In this document: piece after piece, positions 30,572 through 41,314 of the stretch
How positions within the stretch are numbered: position 1 is the stretch's first letter
How the letters are laid out: each line of letters opens with the position of its first letter
Assembly (NCBI GenBank): GCA_044352155.1
Contig: JBILEK010000003.1
Span: 834-64,833 of the forward strand
Reading direction: 5' to 3'
Source of the DNA: Bdellovibrionia bacterium
GTDB taxonomy: Bacteria; Bdellovibrionota; UBA1018; JBILEK01
DNA length: 64,000 nucleotides
Made by a program: the position numbers and the translations under genes
The notes under the pieces: generated by a model
Told to the model about the DNA's origin: nothing
The model's input: only the letters and a program-made list of their open reading frames with translations
Databases searched by the model: none

Positions 30572-31669
30572 CTACAGAGAATTTCGAAGAAGTTTCGCGG
30601 GTCTGCGCTCCGATGTCCGAGGCCTTGGGTCGGATTGCTGGGAGAGCTCCTCTCCGTCCATTTCCTCGTCCTCTTCACCCTCAATTTGTTGAAACTCCGG
30701 ACAACCCGGAAGCCCTGGCCCCTCGCCGATTCGAATATGAAAATGCCCACGATGACTCCGCACGTGGCGGATCAGTGGTCCCAAACGTGCCCAGTCCGGA
30801 TCCCCCTGCTTTTGGACCCATTGTCTAAGTTTTTTGATGTGGGCGCGATCAACGAACACGGACTTAATACAGACATAGGGGTTCTCAAACACGCGCTTGA
30901 GCATTTGCCAATTCATCGCCGGATCAAAACGACGATCAAAAGGCGCATGAACTTGCGCGGGGGTGCGGTACGCTAAAAACCCTAAATCCACGTCTTTCCC
31001 ATTGGTGTGGGACTTATGCCCACGTCGACCTCGACGCCCCGAAATGCAGCCCCCGCGAGGGGCTGATAGATCTCCTAAAATCATGTAAGCGGACTTCCCG
31101 TTTTCCGACGGGTAATCACGCGCGATCTGACGCCCCGTCCACTCCAGCATCGCCACCATGAGATCGGTACCGAACTGCGTGCAGCGTCGCGGATTTTTGA
31201 CGATGAGCCGATTCTCCTCCGACGGGATAACGGGACGCCCTTGAACTAAAAACCCATTGCCGATCGAGCAGTAGGCCTGACGGCGCAAGGAACCCAGATC
31301 CTGCTCCATCAAACGAAGCTCGATCTCCGGAAGTGGGTCCCGCGGCAGTTCGTCAACGGAGCGCTGCAGGGTCTCGTGCTGCTCTTGCGTGAGCTCGTCG
31401 CAGAAACTCCATTTTACACGCCGCAAGTCACAGGGCAGCATTCTTCCACGCTTGCCTCGCGTCGGGCGACAGCATGTGGAGCTTTTTGAGGAGTAATCAG
31501 GATTCCACTGCGAGCAGAACGCGTCGTCGACCTGCTCGAACATCCGTGGATCAGGTCGGCCCACAGCTTCCGACGCAAGCGGAGAGGCGAGCAAACCAAA
31601 GAAGCATAATCTCAGAAGCGAAACCCGCACGATGCCCTTGAGGTTAGGGGAAGCAGGCAGCCGCGTCAA
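30572..31669 (-). CDS. MepA-like penicillin-insensitive murein endopeptidase (peptidase M74 family), exported
   Basis: Signal peptide, LAS-type metal ligands GHKSHTNGKDVDL and HRGHFHIRI resembling MepA HxSHQxGLDVD / HDDHFHVRL. Confidence 0.6.
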   Translation of the reverse strand: MTRLPASPNLKGIVRVSLLRLCFFGLLASPLASEAVGRPDPRMFEQVDDAFCSQWNPDYSSKSSTCCRPTRGKRGRMLPCDLRRVKWSFCDELTQEQHETLQRSVDELPRDPLPEIELRLMEQDLGSLRRQAYCSIGNGFLVQGRPVIPSEENRLIVKNPRRCTQFGTDLMVAMLEWTGRQIARDYPSENGKSAYMILGDLSAPRGGCISGRRGRRGHKSHTNGKDVDLGFLAYRTPAQVHAPFDRRFDPAMNWQMLKRVFENPYVCIKSVFVDRAHIKKLRQWVQKQGDPDWARLGPLIRHVRSHRGHFHIRIGEGPGLPGCPEFQQIEGEEDEEMDGEELSQQSDPRPRTSERRPAKLLRNSL

Positions 31670-31678
31670 ATGAATCGA

Positions 31679-31996
31679 TCAAGATCGCTCTTGCGCTAAG
31701 CGATTGAGAATCTGCTCCGCCGGGGTCTCAAGCTTTTTCGAGCGATTGCAAGCCAAACACGCAGGCACGACGTTACTCTTAACGCTCTCTCCGCCGCGGG
31801 CAATCGGCACTAAATGATCAAGCGTTAGCTCGGAGGAGGGAACCTTTTGTCGGCAATAGTGACAGAGTCCTTGGGAGACTTTCGCTTTCCACCATGCACT
31901 CTGACGAAGCTCCCGCGCGCGCTCGCGCTCACGCCTCAGACGTCGAGGATCCGTGTGCTCAGGGCGCAGGAGATGATATCCATGATTTCCCACCAT
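31679..31996 (-). CDS. Small HNH endonuclease domain protein
   Basis: CHYC...LTLDHLVPIARGG...NVVPACLACNRSK matches the zinc-finger HNH motif; 105 aa. Confidence 0.75.
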   Translation of the reverse strand: MVGNHGYHLLRPEHTDPRRLRRERERARELRQSAWWKAKVSQGLCHYCRQKVPSSELTLDHLVPIARGGESVKSNVVPACLACNRSKKLETPAEQILNRLAQERS

Positions 31997-32053
31997 AGAG
32001 CCTAAGCTCTATCACGTTTGGCGCAACGCAACAAGCCCAAGCTCACCGAGGAG

Positions 32054-33052
32054 CTAAACGTCCACGAGCATGCCTTCATAGGCAAAGAGCCACTCAACCT
32101 CATGCAAGCTTGAGACACTTTGAGCCACACCCTCAACTCCCTGCGCTCGCCGTGAGCTCTTGAGCTGACTTTGATAGTAGCGTCGGGCCTCTTTTTCGGC
32201 CTGCAAGATTTTTTCATCCGTGGAGGCCGGGTCGTGGTGCACAAACAACACACGCTTCACTCCTTCGCGCATCGCGAGATCCAGACCGATCGATGCAGCG
32301 GCATGCCCCCAGTTGATCTTCTCGATGCTCTCCATCAGCGTGTACTGCGCATCAAAGATCATGAGATCGACATTCTGGTACAGCGGTAGATCAGGACCAA
32401 GCTCCTCGCGACTGACGCGTATGGCCTCGGTATCGACGCAGTGAGAAAGTACACGGCCTGCGTGCTCGAAGCGGTATCCCCAGCATGGATCAGGATGATC
32501 GAGCTGATAGGGGGTGAATTCAATTTCGCCAATCTTCTTTTTTTTGCGCGGCTCAAGCCGATGGTAATGAATCTTCGCCCCCAAATGCTCCAGAGGGACT
32601 GGAAAATAGGGTTTCTTAAAAATCGACTGAAACACCTGCGGTAACTCCGGCTGTACCGCGTAGACGTGGATCTGATTGCCTGGGATAAAAATCGGCGTAA
32701 AAAACGGCAATCCAATCAAATGGTCCCAGTGAAAGTGCGTGAACAGGATGTGCACCTCCCCTTGTCCGCGCCCGCAGGGACCTCGAAGCAGGTCATAGCC
32801 CAGCATGCGGATCCCGCTTCCGCTATCGACGATGAGCTGAGTCGATTCAGCTTTGACTTCGATGCAGGGAGTGTTTCCCCCAAACCCGCCCACTTGAGTG
32901 GGAGGAAGGGAGTTTAAATACGCGTCGATTTGATCTGCAGTGCTGTGGCCTGCGTTTAAAAACTGAGTCATCACACGCGAGACGCGCTCCCTCACTTGTG
33001 TCGGGGAGAGCGGTGATGGAAGAGACCCTCGTGCGCCCCAGATTTTAACCTG
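32054..33052 (-). CDS. Metallo-beta-lactamase-fold hydrolase
   Basis: HxHxDH motif FTHFHWDHLIGLPFF, later FVHHDP; start set at MQVKIWGARGS (ORF track 33091). Confidence 0.7.
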   Translation of the reverse strand, partial: QVKIWGARGSLPSPLSPTQVRERVSRVMTQFLNAGHSTADQIDAYLNSLPPTQVGGFGGNTPCIEVKAESTQLIVDSGSGIRMLGYDLLRGPCGRGQGEVHILFTHFHWDHLIGLPFFTPIFIPGNQIHVYAVQPELPQVFQSIFKKPYFPVPLEHLGAKIHYHRLEPRKKKKIGEIEFTPYQLDHPDPCWGYRFEHAGRVLSHCVDTEAIRVSREELGPDLPLYQNVDLMIFDAQYTLMESIEKINWGHAAASIGLDLAMREGVKRVLFVHHDPASTDEKILQAEKEARRYYQSQLKSSRRAQGVEGVAQSVSSLHEVEWLFAYEGMLVDV

Positions 33053-33110
33053 CATTCTTTTGAGAATAAGAGAGGCCGAAGGTTCTTGCAAAGTACGAAG
33101 ATCGCAGGGG

Positions 33111-33126
33111 ATTCAATTTTGAATCT
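33111..33126. promoter_or_regulatory. Perfect 16-bp palindrome GATTCAATTTTGAATC flanked by CAGGGG on both sides, in the divergent MBL / XRE intergenic region; candidate operator
   Basis: Read directly from sequence at 33111-33126; location between divergently transcribed genes, one encoding an HTH regulator. Confidence 0.45.
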
Positions 33127-33209
33127 TCAGGGGTTGCCAAATTCTTGCGCCTCAGGTTAGACGCTTCTCCTCATCGTCAGAATTCACAACAGATGGAGAC
33201 TCTTCCCGC

Positions 33210-33716
33210 TTGAACACACTGGCTTCTGCTGTTTCGACTGGTACCCGCTCCTCGCAAATTCTCAAGAAATCAAAGCGTCCCCAAAAAGGGGCAAAATCCT
33301 TTGGTCCACTGGGAGATTTGATCCGCTCCGCTCGCTCTCAGGCAAACCTTGGCCTCGTCGATGTGGCAAAAGCTTGTCGCTGCTCGGTGCAGTTTATTTC
33401 AAACATCGAGCATGGTCGCGCACCGCTTCCGTGGGACAAAGCGCAAGATCTTGCGCGCGTCCTTGCGATCCCCTTTGAGCAGCTTCAGGCTGCAAACCTT
33501 GCGATCCGATCCGACTTCCAGAGCTTTGTAACTTCCAACACGCGACGCGTGAAGCGCGCCTCAACCGCTCTGCACGGACTCAAGGACACCGCCTCTCTCA
33601 TCACGCTTGCAACTCAGGACCGTCGTCTGCGCGATCTTCTCCAACAGTACACTCAAGCGAGCGCTGCAACGCGGAAGCGATTTTTGGATGGCGCGAAAAA
33701 AATGCTCCAAGAGTGA
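33210..33716 (+). CDS. XRE-family helix-turn-helix transcriptional regulator (TTG start; no internal ATG)
   Basis: HTH_XRE-like segment LIRSARSQANLGLVDVAKACRCSVQFISNIEHGRAPLP. Confidence 0.6.
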   Translation: MNTLASAVSTGTRSSQILKKSKRPQKGAKSFGPLGDLIRSARSQANLGLVDVAKACRCSVQFISNIEHGRAPLPWDKAQDLARVLAIPFEQLQAANLAIRSDFQSFVTSNTRRVKRASTALHGLKDTASLITLATQDRRLRDLLQQYTQASAATRKRFLDGAKKMLQE

Positions 33717-33769
33717 GCGCAGTCAAACGGACGTACGTTACGTCTGCGACTTCAGTTGCCCGCTCAGCT

Positions 33770-34564
33770 TTAAATAGCAACCTGCGCTTTGATCGGCGGA
33801 TGCGGATTGTAATCGAGGATCTCAAAGTCCTCGTAGCCAAAGTCAAAGAGCGAGCTCACGCTCGGATTGAGTTTTAACTTTGGGAAAGCACGCGGCTCAC
33901 GCTGCAATTGGAGACGCGCCTGCTCGAGATGATTCATGTACAGATGAGCATCTCCAAAAGTGTGTATGAACTCGCCCGGCCGTAAGCCGGAGACTTGCGC
34001 CATCATCATCGTGAGCAGCGCATAGCTTGCGATGTTAAAAGGCACACCCAAAAACACGTCCGCACTGCGCTGATAGAGCTGGCAGGAGAGCTTTCCGTCG
34101 TTCACATAAAACTGAAAAAAAGCGTGGCACGGGGGGAGCGCCATCTTCGGGATCTCAGCTACATTCCACGCGCTCACAATCAGTCGGCGCGACTCTGGGT
34201 TTCGCCGAATCTCGTTTAAAACCCAAGTAATCTGATCGACCGCATTTCCGTCCGCATCTTTCCACGAACGCCACTGCGAGCCGTAAACAGGCCCAAGCTC
34301 TCCACGCTCGTCTGCCCACTCATCCCAAATGGTCACGCCGTTCTCGCGGAGGAACTTCACGTTCGTCTCACCGCGCAGAAACCAAAGTAGCTCGTAGGCG
34401 ATCGATTTAAAGTGCACTTTCTTCGTCGTGAGCAGCGGGAACCCTTGCGAAAGATCCCATCGCATCTGATGTCCAAAAAGACTTAAGGTCCCCGTACCCG
34501 TGCGGTCTCCTTTGGGGGATCCGTTTTCGAGAACTTTTTTGAGAAGTTCCAAGTACGCTCGTTC
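33770..34564 (-). CDS. thyA: Thymidylate synthase ThyA
   Basis: Near-collinear match to E. coli ThyA ([61 protein letters not shown]). Start set at MERAYLELL. Confidence 0.95.
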   Translation of the reverse strand, partial: ERAYLELLKKVLENGSPKGDRTGTGTLSLFGHQMRWDLSQGFPLLTTKKVHFKSIAYELLWFLRGETNVKFLRENGVTIWDEWADERGELGPVYGSQWRSWKDADGNAVDQITWVLNEIRRNPESRRLIVSAWNVAEIPKMALPPCHAFFQFYVNDGKLSCQLYQRSADVFLGVPFNIASYALLTMMMAQVSGLRPGEFIHTFGDAHLYMNHLEQARLQLQREPRAFPKLKLNPSVSSLFDFGYEDFEILDYNPHPPIKAQVAI

Positions 34565-34598
34565 CATCCATTTCCGACCGTAGCCTATTGCCAAAAAA

Positions 34599-36722
34599 GT
34601 GCAACTGGAGGAACACTGCAGCATCTTGGGTCTCTCTTTAAACAGACTTAACCTCAAACAACGCGAAGCGGTGCTTCACACTGAAGGACCGCTTTTGATC
34701 TTAGCAGGCGCTGGCTCAGGTAAGACCTCAACCATGAGCTACCGGATCGCGCATCTGATTGCCGATCAGAAAGTACCCGCCTCCAAAATCCTGGGACTCT
34801 CCTTCACGAACAAAGCCGCACGCGAGCTGCGCGAGCGGGTGATCGAGCTTGTGAGCCGTCATGCTTCACGCGAGGCCTGCAAAGGGATTACGATCTCAAC
34901 GTTTCACTCGCTTTGCGCACGACTGCTGCGCGAGTTTGCGCCCAAGATTGGCTATACGGCCGATTTCACGATCGTCAGTGACTCGGACCAGACTGAGATC
35001 GTACGGAAAATTTTAAAAGAAATCCGTATCGACGATCGCAAGTTCGATCCCCAAATCCTGCTCTCGCAAATCTCGCGCGCCAAAAACCTAGGCCTCACCG
35101 ACGAGCAGGCTTCGCTCTACTTGATGCAAAACCCTGGCGAGCTTAAAGGCAAGACCGACTATCAGGTTGCGCTCTCCTCGGCCTACGGGCGCTACCAAGC
35201 ATCCCTGCGCGCCCTCAATGCGATGGATTTCGACGATCTGCAGCTCTGGCTTGTGCGCCTGCTTGAGAAGGACTCAGAGGTTCGCGAACGCCTGCAGGCT
35301 AAGTTTCGTTACGTGCACGTCGATGAGTACCAAGACACTAACCCGATTCAGTTTCGGATCTTAGAGCTCCTCACCGCTCAGCATCGCAACTTATGTGTCG
35401 TGGGGGATGACGATCAGTCGATCTACGCCTGGCGTGGCGCAGACCCCTCCTACATCTTAGGATTTGCAAAACGCTACGATGACTCGCGCGCAATCATTCT
35501 TGAGCAAAACTATCGAAGTACTCAGCCCATTTTGGATGCAGCAAACGAGGTGATCTCGAAGAATTGTGTTCGCCACCAAAAAGAGCTCTGGAGCGAGCGC
35601 GAGAGTGGCGATCTCTTACGGCACCTGATTGTCGAAAACGACGAGGACGAGTCGGAGACTGTGGCAGAAGAGATTTTAAAAATGCGCTCAAACGAGCAGC
35701 ATCGCTTTGATCAGTTTGCAGTGCTTTTTCGCTCAAACGCTCAGTCGCGCGCTTTTGAAGAAGCATTTCGACGCCACAAAATCCCGTACAAGCTCGTGGG
35801 GGCGATGAGCTTTTTAGATCGCAAGGAGATTAAAGACCTTCTCTCTTACTGGCGATTAATTCTCAATCCCGCAGACGATCTCTCGGCTCGTCGAGTGATC
35901 AACTGGCCTGCACGCGGGGTCGGTCGAGGAGCGCTTGGAAGTTTAAACTCAGAGGCAGCCTCTCGCGGGATCGCTCTCCTTGAGGCGCTGCGACTCTCGC
36001 CTCAGGTCGCCCCCAAGGCCGCACGAGGAGCGCTTGAGCTGGTAGAGCTCGTCACAGGTTTACGTGAGGATCTCGAGCGTACGCCTAAAGAGCCTCAAGC
36101 CCTAGCACAGTGGGCCCTGCGCTCAATGGAGCGCATCGATGTCCGTAAAGGACTTCAAGAGGACTCCGATCAACCCGCCCAAGTGCAAGCGCGTTTTGAG
36201 AACCTCGAAGAGCTCGCTCACTCCATGGGGAGACTCGATCTTGAAACCCCCGGTCTTGAGTCCTCGGTTGATGCGTTGCGTGAGTTTCTCCAAAACCTTG
36301 CGCTCGATACCAAAGAAGACAAAGAGGACGACGAGCAAAACCAAAATCAAGTCACGCTCATGACGCTTCACTCGGCTAAAGGCCTTGAGTTTCCGATCGT
36401 GTTTCTTGCGGGCATGGAGGAAGGATTTCTCCCCCACTGGCGAACCCTTCAAGACGGCACTGACTTAAGCGAAGAGCGTCGCCTCTGCTACGTGGGGATG
36501 ACTCGTGCAAAAGATCGTCTGATCCTTTCGCGCGCAAAGTTTCGAACCCGCTATGGAAAACAAGTCCCGCGCACGCTCTCGCGCTTTATTCAGGATGTGC
36601 CTTCAGATTTGATCGAACTTGATGATCGCTCAAGCACTCCAGATCTTACGACAGAAAGCGCTGTAAAAGCTCACGAGGATCGCGTGAAAGGCTTTCTCGA
36701 TAAAATCCGCGCTCGGCTTTAG
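34599..36722 (+). CDS. uvrD: ATP-dependent DNA helicase UvrD/PcrA family (GTG start)
   Basis: [31 protein letters not shown]-terminal [13 protein letters not shown] and [10 protein letters not shown] motifs. Confidence 0.9.
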   Translation: MQLEEHCSILGLSLNRLNLKQREAVLHTEGPLLILAGAGSGKTSTMSYRIAHLIADQKVPASKILGLSFTNKAARELRERVIELVSRHASREACKGITISTFHSLCARLLREFAPKIGYTADFTIVSDSDQTEIVRKILKEIRIDDRKFDPQILLSQISRAKNLGLTDEQASLYLMQNPGELKGKTDYQVALSSAYGRYQASLRALNAMDFDDLQLWLVRLLEKDSEVRERLQAKFRYVHVDEYQDTNPIQFRILELLTAQHRNLCVVGDDDQSIYAWRGADPSYILGFAKRYDDSRAIILEQNYRSTQPILDAANEVISKNCVRHQKELWSERESGDLLRHLIVENDEDESETVAEEILKMRSNEQHRFDQFAVLFRSNAQSRAFEEAFRRHKIPYKLVGAMSFLDRKEIKDLLSYWRLILNPADDLSARRVINWPARGVGRGALGSLNSEAASRGIALLEALRLSPQVAPKAARGALELVELVTGLREDLERTPKEPQALAQWALRSMERIDVRKGLQEDSDQPAQVQARFENLEELAHSMGRLDLETPGLESSVDALREFLQNLALDTKEDKEDDEQNQNQVTLMTLHSAKGLEFPIVFLAGMEEGFLPHWRTLQDGTDLSEERRLCYVGMTRAKDRLILSRAKFRTRYGKQVPRTLSRFIQDVPSDLIELDDRSSTPDLTTESAVKAHEDRVKGFLDKIRARL

Positions 36723-36731
36723 GGGGGGGGG
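36722..36731. repeat. Homopolymeric G10 tract overlapping the uvrD stop codon, about 70 bp upstream of the S8 protease start
   Basis: TAGGGGGGGGGGCAG read directly at 36720-36734. Confidence 0.9.
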
Positions 36732-36800
36732 CAGAGGGCACACGGTGCTCACGGCACGATACTCTATAAAATCTCTCGCAACTCTCCGATACATAGTGCG

Positions 36801-39800
36801 ATGACGTCAAAAACAAGCGCGCTACGATCCCTGATCCTGCTGATGGCTTTAAGTGTTTGCGGGTATTCGTCGGCTCTTGCGTCTACGCGTCCTACGATCG
36901 CGGGCCTAAAAACCGTGCTCGTGATTCGCGACAAAAAACAAACACTCGAACGCTTTGCGCAAAACCTTCCTGCGGGCGTCAAAATCGTCTCCTCATTTGA
37001 CGATCTCGTCCTTCTCGAAGGGATGACCTCAGAGTCAACGAAAGACCTCAAAAAGCGTCTTCACGCTCGCTTTATCAAGCAAGGTCAAAACGTCTCCTCT
37101 CCGATCACTGCTCTGAGTGCGCGTCATCGGAGTAATCAAGCTCTCGACGTCCCTCCGCGCCAGGAGACTTCTCACCGATCGCTTGCAGCACTCACGGATC
37201 GATGTCCTGATGGGCGCTCGCGCCTTTGGGCTCAAGAGTCCTTAGATGCACCGTTGTTTGAGACGGCTCTCTCACTGATTGATCCAAAAATTCAGGCGCA
37301 AAGCGCGCGCGTTGCCGTACTGGATTCAGGGTTTGACGCAACTCAAGCTGACGCGTTTAGTGCGATCGGTGGAGTACAGCCTCGTGATGGTGTGCTTGCA
37401 GGAGATCGCAGACCCGTAGGGAGCGTCTCCTGGCCCACGGACTCTAGCAAAGATCCAAGCACTCCGATCACAGGACGCCCCGGATTTGATCCGGGCGGTC
37501 ACGGCACCATGGTCGTAAGCACTATTGCCGCAAACGACGGGCTTGGAATCGCAAAAAACATCGAACTCTCTTTGTATCGAATTACTCCCGAGGGAGATGG
37601 AGGGTCTACTTCTTCAGTCTACATCGACATTGCACTTTGGAGAGCTTGTCAGGAGATGCGCGACCCGGCGGGCCTTACGCTCATTAACCTCTCGTGGGGC
37701 GGTCGCTTAGATGAGCAACAAGTAGAGGATGCGGAAGATCTTAAACTGGATCAAGAAATGGAGCGACGCTTAGCTGAGGCAGGATGCCTTGTTTTTAAGG
37801 CAGCAGGCAATGACAACTTTCGAAACGCTCGACGTGACGAAAAACTTGATGACGCCACTCTACGGGTCGCTGCCACGGATCTCACCCGAAAGCTAAGCTC
37901 TTTCTCAACGCGAGGTGAAGTCTCAGCGCCCGGCAGTGACGTGTGGGTTGTACAAAGTGCGCAGACTAAAGTCTCTGATCGCGCCTCAAGCAAGTGTGAG
38001 GCGTTCACACATCCCTCGCGACCACGTCGATTCATCAATGGGACAAGTTTTGCGGCCCCCTTCATGACTGCGGTTGCCTCTCAGGTCGTGCGCGCGCTTA
38101 AAGCGGGAGATCAGTTTGCAACTCTCTCAACACGCGACCGAATCAAGCTTGTGAATCGAATTTTAAAAGCCTCGACTCTCTCAGGCTCTGTGAATCTAGT
38201 GCGCGCAGTTCAGATCGCTTCTGAATGGAACAAAAATCCGATCCCCGGATCCCCAGATGAGCTTGAAGCTCTCTTAAGCGCAAATCCAAATCCGAGTTGT
38301 AAAGAAGAAAAACCCGTGCGCTGCTCACGCCTGACTGACCCGATCCTTGTTAAGTCGTGCGTACTTCAAAGTCGGCTTCGCGTTGCAACTTGCCCATCGG
38401 TCGATCCCTCTGTGCTTGAGGATCTGGCGATTACTGCTTTCAAGGAGGCAGAGATTGAGCTTGGGCTAAAAGCCGCAGATCTCTTTGCAGAGCACTCAAA
38501 CAACAACAAAGCAAAGCGCTCGATTTTAAAAAGTGGGATCGATCAGTTCGTCGCACGCACTGGAAAAAACGACTATAAAATCGCGCCCGTCCTCACTCCG
38601 AATCTCTTGCGCGCTCTGATTATTCCTTATCTTGAAGCTTGCACGCTCGAGCGCAACTGCGATGGAGAGTTAAGCTTGGTCCTCGTTCGAGCTGCGCTAC
38701 TCTCTCGCTCTATCGCATTTTCACTCTCTGAAGGAGTTGATACCGAGACTGGAGAGGATCGAGGGAGTCGGGATACCGAAAAAGCAATGTCACGACTTTT
38801 CGAGCTCTCCCTTAAAACGATTTCCTTGGATGGAGCTCTTCAAGTCCTTAAAATGCTCCAACGCGCTTCGTTTGGAGACACCCCAAGCCCTGAAGAAATC
38901 CTGAAAGAAAACTCCGAGGATCAAAACTACTTCAGCCGCACTCAGATCCCAAGACTCGCTCCCAGTGTCGTTGTGAGGTTACTGGATGCTTTCATCCGAG
39001 TGACCAAACCTGGGTCCGCAATCAGCGTCGTCTCCCAACGCATGGAAGCGCGCGTTCTCGAAGAAATGGCCAAAAGAAACGACTACTTTCTTGGAAAAAC
39101 CGAAAAGTTTGTCCTCTATGTCGAGCAAATGCCAGAGCGCGGAAGCTTTGATGCTACTCTGGAGCGTAACCGCACAAGAATCGATCTCGCGCTTGAGAGC
39201 GGCCAGTGGCAAGCGCTCGCTCCGATCGAGATGCATTACGCTCTCCGAAATCCCCAAGGATATCCAAAGTGGAAAGAGGCTTACTTAAAAATGCTGATCG
39301 AGGCCTCAGAGCTTGCTCTTCAGGGGAGAGGCTGGGGCGCACAAAACGATAACGAAATCGTGATGCTCGCACTTGAAGAGTGTTTTGCTCCTCGCTCAAA
39401 GCTCTCTCCAAGTGATCAAGCCACTTTACTTGAGTCGCTGAGGAGTGCTCTGTTAAAGGCCAGAAACTCTGATGTGCTCTTAGAGCTTGAGTATGCGGAG
39501 CGGCTCAATCTGAGCATCGGACAAACTGCAACAGAGGGGCTGTTTAGCTCTTACAAAGAAAGAGCCGAAGCCGAAAAAAATGGCCTCACTTTCAAGTCTC
39601 ATCCCCTTTTGAGTCCATCCTTGATGGCTCATGTGCGTTTGCGACTAGCCGCTGGAGTCCTAAGCTCTCGTGGACGGCACCGAAAATTCAATCGTATCCG
39701 CTTTCAGGATTTGATCGAACGCCTTGCGATCGATCACGCAAAAGCGACTCCGATCCAAAGCTCTTCGGACGCAAGCGTGCTCCCACTCACAGCCTTTGAG

Positions 39801-40208
39801 GGATCCCCTCCGTCGCGGCTTCCGGATCCCAAGCGTCCGAGTGGTACAGCGCTCGAGCTCACGCACGAGTCAAGAGCCGAGATCTTGGACTCGCTTGCTG
39901 AGCGACTGATTGTTGAGAGCTTTGAGCAGACACCTAAGGGGCTGCGACTAGGGGTGGACTCGGATCGGCGCTATCTTTTTTATCAAACGGGGCGCTGGTT
40001 TAGAGACGAAGAGGATCGGACTCGATTTTACTTAGGTTTTAATCCGCAAGGAAAGTGGCGCAAAGCTGCACAAAAAATCATCGACACACTTCGAGGCAGT
40101 TATGGTGATTATTCAACGAGTGATGCTGTGTACGCACTTCGCTCGATGATCGAGCGCGTTGAAAAAGTGCACCAATCAAAAACTGGCTGCGTTGATTGTG
40201 GTATCTGA
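36801..40208 (+). CDS. Secreted subtilisin-like serine protease (peptidase S8) with long C-terminal extension (1135 aa); last 9 codons plus stop lie inside the IS left inverted repeat
   Basis: Signal peptide; catalytic triad motifs VAVLDSGFD, GHGTMVVSTIAA, GTSFAAPFMTAVAS. Confidence 0.8.
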   Translation: MTSKTSALRSLILLMALSVCGYSSALASTRPTIAGLKTVLVIRDKKQTLERFAQNLPAGVKIVSSFDDLVLLEGMTSESTKDLKKRLHARFIKQGQNVSSPITALSARHRSNQALDVPPRQETSHRSLAALTDRCPDGRSRLWAQESLDAPLFETALSLIDPKIQAQSARVAVLDSGFDATQADAFSAIGGVQPRDGVLAGDRRPVGSVSWPTDSSKDPSTPITGRPGFDPGGHGTMVVSTIAANDGLGIAKNIELSLYRITPEGDGGSTSSVYIDIALWRACQEMRDPAGLTLINLSWGGRLDEQQVEDAEDLKLDQEMERRLAEAGCLVFKAAGNDNFRNARRDEKLDDATLRVAATDLTRKLSSFSTRGEVSAPGSDVWVVQSAQTKVSDRASSKCEAFTHPSRPRRFINGTSFAAPFMTAVASQVVRALKAGDQFATLSTRDRIKLVNRILKASTLSGSVNLVRAVQIASEWNKNPIPGSPDELEALLSANPNPSCKEEKPVRCSRLTDPILVKSCVLQSRLRVATCPSVDPSVLEDLAITAFKEAEIELGLKAADLFAEHSNNNKAKRSILKSGIDQFVARTGKNDYKIAPVLTPNLLRALIIPYLEACTLERNCDGELSLVLVRAALLSRSIAFSLSEGVDTETGEDRGSRDTEKAMSRLFELSLKTISLDGALQVLKMLQRASFGDTPSPEEILKENSEDQNYFSRTQIPRLAPSVVVRLLDAFIRVTKPGSAISVVSQRMEARVLEEMAKRNDYFLGKTEKFVLYVEQMPERGSFDATLERNRTRIDLALESGQWQALAPIEMHYALRNPQGYPKWKEAYLKMLIEASELALQGRGWGAQNDNEIVMLALEECFAPRSKLSPSDQATLLESLRSALLKARNSDVLLELEYAERLNLSIGQTATEGLFSSYKERAEAEKNGLTFKSHPLLSPSLMAHVRLRLAAGVLSSRGRHRKFNRIRFQDLIERLAIDHAKATPIQSSSDASVLPLTAFEGSPPSRLPDPKRPSGTALELTHESRAEILDSLAERLIVESFEQTPKGLRLGVDSDRRYLFYQTGRWFRDEEDRTRFYLGFNPQGKWRKAAQKIIDTLRGSYGDYSTSDAVYALRSMIERVEKVHQSKTGCVDCGI
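40178..40202 (+). repeat. IS left terminal inverted repeat (IRL)
   Basis: AAAAACTGGCTGCGTTGATTGTGGT; overlaps the last codons of the S8 protease (QSKTGCVDCGI-stop). Confidence 0.65.
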
Positions 40209-40237
40209 GGCCTTAAGTTTGCAACGCATGCGGAGGA

Positions 40238-41161
40238 GTGGGCGCGCATTTTACCTTACCGAAACTTTCTCAGTCCCAGTCGGCGAGAGTCTCCTTTAAG
40301 GGCATAGTGTGTCGATGTCCAGGTGAGCGTCCAGAGAGCGTGCATGCGTTTGGCAGTTTTCTCAGACGCTCTGATCGCACTCGCGTTTTGCGCTATCGGT
40401 GCACTCGATGTAAAAAGTCATTTTCAGAGGCCACGCTCACTCTTGAGTGGCGGCAAAAAAAGCGGCATATCAACGCACCGCTTGAGCATCTGATTTGCTC
40501 TGGGGTGACTTTTCGGCGCTCCGCTCGGATTTTAGGGGTGCATCGCTCAACAACGCTCAGGCGATTAAAGTATCTGGCGCGCAGGGCTGAGCTCTGGCAG
40601 CGGGAGTTTCTTAGCGGTTTTCAAGCGGGCAGCGAAATACAGTTTGATGAAATGGAGTCTTTAGAGCAAACAAAGCTTAAGCCGCTCTCGATTCCACTTT
40701 TAGTAGATAAACAGACGCGAAAGATCCTTGCCTTTGATGTCGCATCGATGCCGGCTAAGGGAGTGCTGGCTTCAATGTCGCGGAAAAAATACGGCCCTCG
40801 CAAAGACGAGCGGAGCGCTGCGATCGAAAAACTGCTCGAGGATCTGAGTCCGCGCCTTACGAGCTGCCAGATCATCCGCTCGGATGATTGCCCCCGATAC
40901 CCAAGGCCCATGAGACGTCATCTGCCGAGACTTAAGCATCTGCGCTGCGCTGGGGGGCGGAGTTGCGTTTTGGGGCTGGGGGAGCTTAAGCGCAAAGTCT
41001 ATGATCCGCTTTTCTCGCTTAATCATACGGCTGCCATGCTGCGCGCCAATCTCAGTCGACTCCAGCGAAGGACTTGGAGTGTTTCGAAAAAGGCCGAGAA
41101 CTTAAAGCATCACATCCAAGTCTACATCCGCTACCATAATGAAGTGCTCACGGCGCTCTAG
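40238..41161 (+). CDS. IS1-family transposase, single fused ORF (zinc finger + HTH + DDE domain), GTG start
   Basis: N-terminal Cys4 zinc finger CRCPGERPE...RYRCTRCKKSF aligns to IS1 InsA. HTH segment is SARILGVHRSTTLRRLKYL. The DDE region and C-terminal LNHTAAMLRANLSRLQRRTWSVSKKAENLKHHIQVYIRYHN align to IS1 InsB ([41 protein letters not shown]). Confidence 0.65.
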   Translation: MGAHFTLPKLSQSQSARVSFKGIVCRCPGERPESVHAFGSFLRRSDRTRVLRYRCTRCKKSFSEATLTLEWRQKKRHINAPLEHLICSGVTFRRSARILGVHRSTTLRRLKYLARRAELWQREFLSGFQAGSEIQFDEMESLEQTKLKPLSIPLLVDKQTRKILAFDVASMPAKGVLASMSRKKYGPRKDERSAAIEKLLEDLSPRLTSCQIIRSDDCPRYPRPMRRHLPRLKHLRCAGGRSCVLGLGELKRKVYDPLFSLNHTAAMLRANLSRLQRRTWSVSKKAENLKHHIQVYIRYHNEVLTAL

Positions 41162-41314
41162 CGCCGATCTTCTTTGTGCCACACACTCCCTCAAGAATCT
41201 CAGTGATTGAGTGTGCAGGACGTGATGGTTTCGTGCGATGGCGCTTCAGGGACGCTCTCTTTAGAGCTTATTGATGAAACTCAGCCCGAATTCGAGCGCG
41301 CATGCGTAATTCAA

